Of a DNA stretch of 64,000 nucleotides, positions 60,258 through 64,000 are shown piece after piece (the stretch's first letter is position 1; every line of letters starts with the position of its first letter). The stretch covers positions 123,436 to 187,435 of IMG/VR virus record IMGVR_UViG_3300020366_000001. One strand, given 5' to 3'. This DNA comes from a virus. Lineage: Duplodnaviria; Caudoviricetes. Below the pieces are notes generated by a model. It saw only the letters and a program-made list of their open reading frames with translations, searched no databases and was not told the DNA's origin. The position numbers were made by a program, and so were the translations under genes.

Positions 60258-60458
60258 CTAGATTAACATACTGTCACACGGACCTTCTACTTTAGTCTTA
60301 AGATAACCGATAAGGTTATACTTAGTACGACGATCTAAGTTGTCATCCATAAGGATTTCAACTCTTCTTTGTAGAAACCTTTCACACGACATATGCCACC
60401 CATAAGGTGAACCGTCTTGATGATGGGCTAAGGTCAGTGCCAACAGTAAGGTAACCAT
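60258..60458 (-). CDS. 66-aa protein embedded in the first aptamer
   Basis: Hydrophobic N-terminus, two Cys; ATG follows CGTTCATCCA and its TAG overlaps the GGACGC half-site. Confidence 0.7.
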   Translation of the reverse strand: MVTLLLALTLAHHQDGSPYGWHMSCERFLQRRVEILMDDNLDRRTKYNLIGYLKTKVEGPCDSMLI

Positions 60459-60475
60459 TGGATGAACGTATGGGT

Positions 60476-60504
60476 ATTGTAAACCCTATACTCTATTTAG
60501 TCAA
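60476..60504 (-). promoter_or_regulatory. sigma70-type promoter with overlapping late-promoter-like CTAAATA
   Basis: TTGACT-17 nt-TACAAT; predicted +1 at ~60469, immediately before the first aptamer. Confidence 0.75.
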
Positions 60505-60529
60505 GAGTTTTGTATCACAAATAACAGTT

Positions 60530-60967
60530 TTACTTACGGTTTCCCCACTGCACTGCAGGGAATGCTTCCTTGACTACGTTCTCAGTGATTCTATATTTTT
60601 TCTTAAGGTCCTTATCTTTAACCAAGCAGATTACTTGTGCCTCATCTGCGTGCAAACCCTCTAAAAGTCCCACAAACATTGATTCTCTCTTGAGAGCAGG
60701 AGTGCCATCAGAACCACCCTTAACGAAGTAGTGCAAGATTCTATGCTCCTGGGACAGTCTGGTGTGTTCGGTCCCAGCAGGTGCTTCGTTAGGTTTGTAC
60801 GGAACAGAACCCTCAGGAAGAGCACTCTGGATGCTGGGATCGAAATTCATAATCAAAACCTTTCTGAGAGCATCACTATTATGCTCTTTCAGAAGTTTGA
60901 TCTTCTCCGCTTTGGTCTTAGCGTTGCTTACTTTTTGAAGCACTTCAGAAATTAATAATTCAGTCAT
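60530..60967 (-). CDS. conserved T4-like phage hypothetical protein
   Basis: LISEVLQKVSNAKTKAEKI, FD....LPEG.VPY, KRE.MF..LLEGLH..EA. Confidence 0.8.
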   Translation of the reverse strand: MTELLISEVLQKVSNAKTKAEKIKLLKEHNSDALRKVLIMNFDPSIQSALPEGSVPYKPNEAPAGTEHTRLSQEHRILHYFVKGGSDGTPALKRESMFVGLLEGLHADEAQVICLVKDKDLKKKYRITENVVKEAFPAVQWGNRK

Positions 60968-60981
60968 AACAGTTTAAAAGA

Positions 60982-61206
60982 TTAGTCTTCCTCGTCGTAT
61001 TCCTCTTCAAAGTGAAGAGTTAGTAACTCCCCAGTGTACGGTGTACCTCTTGAATCATACATCTCTGGATGATCAAACGGTGCTGGTTCATCTGGTGAGG
61101 AAATGGAGTAAACAACATCATTACCTACCCATCCAATAATGCCTCCCATAATAAAGAAGATTACGCACGAGATTGCAGAATAAAATAGCGTAACAGATAG
61201 TGGCAT
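60982..61206 (-). CDS. small membrane protein
   Basis: N-terminal TM helix, HPEMYD..G motif, acidic tail; AGGAG RBS. Confidence 0.7.
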   Translation of the reverse strand: MPLSVTLFYSAISCVIFFIMGGIIGWVGNDVVYSISSPDEPAPFDHPEMYDSRGTPYTGELLTLHFEEEYDEED

Positions 61207-61218
61207 TGTCCTTGCTCC

Positions 61219-61341
61219 TTAAGTGTTAGTCTCCCACTCTAATTCTAATTTAAAATAGAATTTTTTACGGAAGATTTTAATTGTGGGATTAAAAGCGAAC
61301 CCCTTTCGCTTTGGTGTGGGTTTAGTGCTTCTCCTGAGCAT
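61219..61341 (-). CDS. small basic hypothetical protein (40 aa)
   Basis: MLRRSTKPTPKRKGFAFNPTIKIFRKKFYFKLELEWETNT, downstream of an ATAAATA. Confidence 0.5.
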   Translation of the reverse strand: MLRRSTKPTPKRKGFAFNPTIKIFRKKFYFKLELEWETNT

Positions 61342-61370
61342 TAATTCTACACCTTTATTTATCTTAAGGG

Positions 61371-61667
61371 TCATACAAAACCATTGTCTTGGAAGTATTT
61401 TGCTGTATCAATCAGACCACCTAGATGTTCTCCCTTGTAATAAACTTGAGGGAAGGTAAGGTTTTCAACACCGAGTTTAGCACGAACATCTTCCTTAGTC
61501 AAATGCTGCCCCACCTTATACTCAGTGTATGGGATATTAGCACGTTGGAATAACTCTACTGCCATACGACAATAACCACATCCAGAAGTTGAGTACATAA
61601 CAATGTCGCGTTCCTTGTAGAGTCCAGCAAGGACTCGTTCGTCTGGATCCAACTTGTTTCTAGTCAT
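61371..61667 (-). CDS. nrdC: glutaredoxin
   Basis: YS..GCGYC active site, TFPQV, GG..D. Confidence 0.88.
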   Translation of the reverse strand: MTRNKLDPDERVLAGLYKERDIVMYSTSGCGYCRMAVELFQRANIPYTEYKVGQHLTKEDVRAKLGVENLTFPQVYYKGEHLGGLIDTAKYFQDNGFV

Positions 61668-61698
61668 AGTTGAGGGGTGTGAATGTATAGTTTACCAT

Positions 61699-61756
61699 AA
61701 AAAAATAGGGGACGCAACTGGATTTTGCCAGTTGTCCCCTAGCGGCGACGATATTC
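61699..61756 (-). terminator. 14-bp hairpin plus U tract (terminator, or small late RNA)
   Basis: TAGGGGACAACTGG-CAAAAT-CCAGTT(GC)GTCCCCTA followed by T7. Confidence 0.65.
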
Positions 61757-61760
61757 AATT

Positions 61761-61907
61761 TTATTTATCTTGTTTGGTCTTATTGTAAACAATGATTTTC
61801 TCGCCATCGTGAGTGAAGACAAGTTCATCATCGTGACCCCAGAGAAGTTCTTCAAAGAGGTCGTTCAACTTTTCCATATCTTCATACAAAGCATTTGGGT
61901 TAGTCAT
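61761..61907 (-). CDS. small conserved cyanophage protein (48 aa)
   Basis: MTNPNALYEDMEKLNDLFEELLWGHDDELVFTHDGEKIIVYNKTKQDK. Confidence 0.65.
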   Translation of the reverse strand: MTNPNALYEDMEKLNDLFEELLWGHDDELVFTHDGEKIIVYNKTKQDK

Positions 61908-61930
61908 TATATCAAACAGATATGAGGTAT

Positions 61931-62986
61931 TTAGAGAGCGTTACCTCTAGGGAGAACTTCTTCAGGGAAGATAAAGTTTTCGTGTGGTTGATCAACTGGT
62001 GCCAACCAAGCACGCAGACCTTCGTTGAGAAGAATGTTCTTAGTGTAGAAGGTTTCAAACTCAGGATCTTCTGCCGCTCTAATCTCTTGACTCACAAAAT
62101 CATAAGCACGTAGATTAAGAGCAAGGCCAATAATCCCGATACTACTGGTCCAAAGACCCATAACAGGAACAAATAGCATAAAGAAATGAAGCCACCTCTT
62201 GTTGCTAAAGGCGATACCGAAGATCTGCGACCAGAAACGGTTCGCGGTGACCATTGAGTAGGTCTCCTCTTCCTGCGTGGGTTCAAATGCCTTAAATGTA
62301 TTGGATTGTTGTCCGTCTTCATAAAGGGTGTTCTCCACCGTGGCACCGTGAATAGCACAGAGTAGTGCTCCTCCCAGTATACCAGCAACTCCCATCATAT
62401 GGAAGGGGTTGAGTGTCCAGTTATGAAATCCTTGTAGAAAAAGTAAGAATCTGAAGATTGCCGCGACGCCAAAACTCGGCGCAAAGAACCAACTGGATTG
62501 TCCCAGAGGATAGATGAGAAATACACTAACAAATACGGCAATAGGACCCGAAAAAGCAATTGCATTGTACGGTCTAATCCCTACGAGACGACTAATTTCA
62601 AACTGTCGTAGCATAAACCCAATCAGGGCGAAGGCACCGTGGAGCGCCACAAAATTCCAGAGTCCCCCAAGCTGGACCCAGCGGACGAAATCTCCCTGAG
62701 ACTCAGGACCCCAAAGTAGAAGAAGAGAATGACCCATAGCATCAGCAGGCGTTGACACAGCCGCTGTAAGGAAATTAGCACCCTCAAGATAACTACTTGC
62801 GAGTCCGTGGGTGTACCAACTTGTAGCAAACGTTGTGCCAGTAAGCCAGCCACCAATTGCGAGATAAGCAGTGGGAAAAAGAAGTAATCCAGACCAACCC
62901 ACAAAGACAAAACGATCTCGTTTAAGCCAGTCATCAAGGACATCGAACCATCCGCTCCTTTGTTGTACTAGTGTTGATGCTACCAT
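61931..62986 (-). CDS. psbD: photosystem II D2 protein
   Basis: [21 protein letters not shown]...[10 protein letters not shown]; full length, no intron. Confidence 0.99.
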   Translation of the reverse strand: MVASTLVQQRSGWFDVLDDWLKRDRFVFVGWSGLLLFPTAYLAIGGWLTGTTFATSWYTHGLASSYLEGANFLTAAVSTPADAMGHSLLLLWGPESQGDFVRWVQLGGLWNFVALHGAFALIGFMLRQFEISRLVGIRPYNAIAFSGPIAVFVSVFLIYPLGQSSWFFAPSFGVAAIFRFLLFLQGFHNWTLNPFHMMGVAGILGGALLCAIHGATVENTLYEDGQQSNTFKAFEPTQEEETYSMVTANRFWSQIFGIAFSNKRWLHFFMLFVPVMGLWTSSIGIIGLALNLRAYDFVSQEIRAAEDPEFETFYTKNILLNEGLRAWLAPVDQPHENFIFPEEVLPRGNAL

Positions 62987-63089
62987 CTTTACATTCTTGA
63001 ACTAAACGATTAAAAGTGAAAATCTGAGGCCACGTATCGTGGATAATTTCCCTCAGTTTATAGGGGGCATCTCTTTCAATCATCCTCAT
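62934..63089 (-). CDS. small hypothetical protein overlapping the psbD start
   Basis: [51 protein letters not shown]; starts 4 nt after the petF stop. Confidence 0.4.
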   Translation of the reverse strand: MRMIERDAPYKLREIIHDTWPQIFTFNRLVQECKDGSINTSTTKERMVRCP

Positions 63090-63092
63090 AAC

Positions 63093-63386
63093 TCAATAGA
63101 GTTCTTCTTCTTTCTCTGTTTCGATGACACAATCCGAAGTTGGGAAAGAGACGCAAGTTAAAAGAAAACCTGCTTCGAGTTGATCGTCATCGAGGAAAGA
63201 TTGATCTTCCTGGTTTACTGTACCAGAAATAATTTTACCTGCGCAGGAAGAACAGGCACCAGCGCGACACGAATAATTCATATCGATTCCTGCATCTTCA
63301 GCAGCATCTAGAATACTTGTATGATCATCACACTTAATTTCGTAGTCGCCTTCGGTCGTCTGGAGCGTTACTGTATACGTTGCCAT
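63093..63386 (-). CDS. petF: plant-type [2Fe-2S] ferredoxin
   Basis: [38 protein letters not shown]. Confidence 0.97.
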   Translation of the reverse strand: MATYTVTLQTTEGDYEIKCDDHTSILDAAEDAGIDMNYSCRAGACSSCAGKIISGTVNQEDQSFLDDDQLEAGFLLTCVSFPTSDCVIETEKEEELY

Positions 63387-63400
63387 TTCTTGAGTGGTAT

Positions 63401-63425
63401 AAAAAAGGGGGTAATGTTTACCCCC
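63401..63425 (-). terminator. intrinsic terminator after psbA
   Basis: GGGGGTAA-ACA-TTACCCCC followed by T6. Confidence 0.65.
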
Positions 63426-63472
63426 ATATAATTATACACCGTTCGGTGATTTATTCAACGTGTGTTGAAACC

Positions 63473-64000
<528 letters not shown>

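Larger units (their letters stand above)
60047..60468 (-). ncRNA. tandem glutamine (glnA-class) riboswitch with ORF-sized P2 loops
   Basis: Two copies of CGUUCAUCC...GGACGC...GAACGG; E-loop strands AAGUA and GAA; P3 AGUCG/CGACU; upstream of a DUF4278-like gene. Confidence 0.8.

Overview
This window is a 64-kb segment of a T4-like marine cyanophage (cyanomyovirus) genome. The host is probably Synechococcus, judging from the long D1 C-terminus and the presence of psbD. Almost all genes are on the minus strand. Reading right to left (transcription order) it contains: psbA (partial), petF, psbD, glutaredoxin, a cluster of small genes around a tandem glutamine (glnA-class) riboswitch, 2OG-Fe(II) oxygenases, thyX, phoH, an exonuclease, gp33, tRNA-Asn, a structured manA-like RNA and gp32. 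A short plus-strand block follows (gp4, gp2, gp48, an enlarged gp53). Then come the baseplate/hub genes (gp54-like, gp26, gp51, an M23-bearing hub/tape-measure-like protein, a gp27-like protein, cp12, gp5), tRNA-Leu, and about 34 kb of tail-fibre/structural genes. The most striking element is at 60047-60526. Two glnA-type aptamers sit directly behind a near-consensus sigma70 promoter, each carries a complete small paralogous ORF inside its P2 loop, and they lie upstream of DUF4278-like peptides. Other notable items are a 3229-aa protein combining a subtilisin, nested YHYH-like domains and four cupredoxin-type Cu motifs; a two-step adaptor/tip tail-fibre cassette; and a domain shared between gp53 and a tail-collar protein. 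All calls come from motif recognition by eye; no database searches were run.
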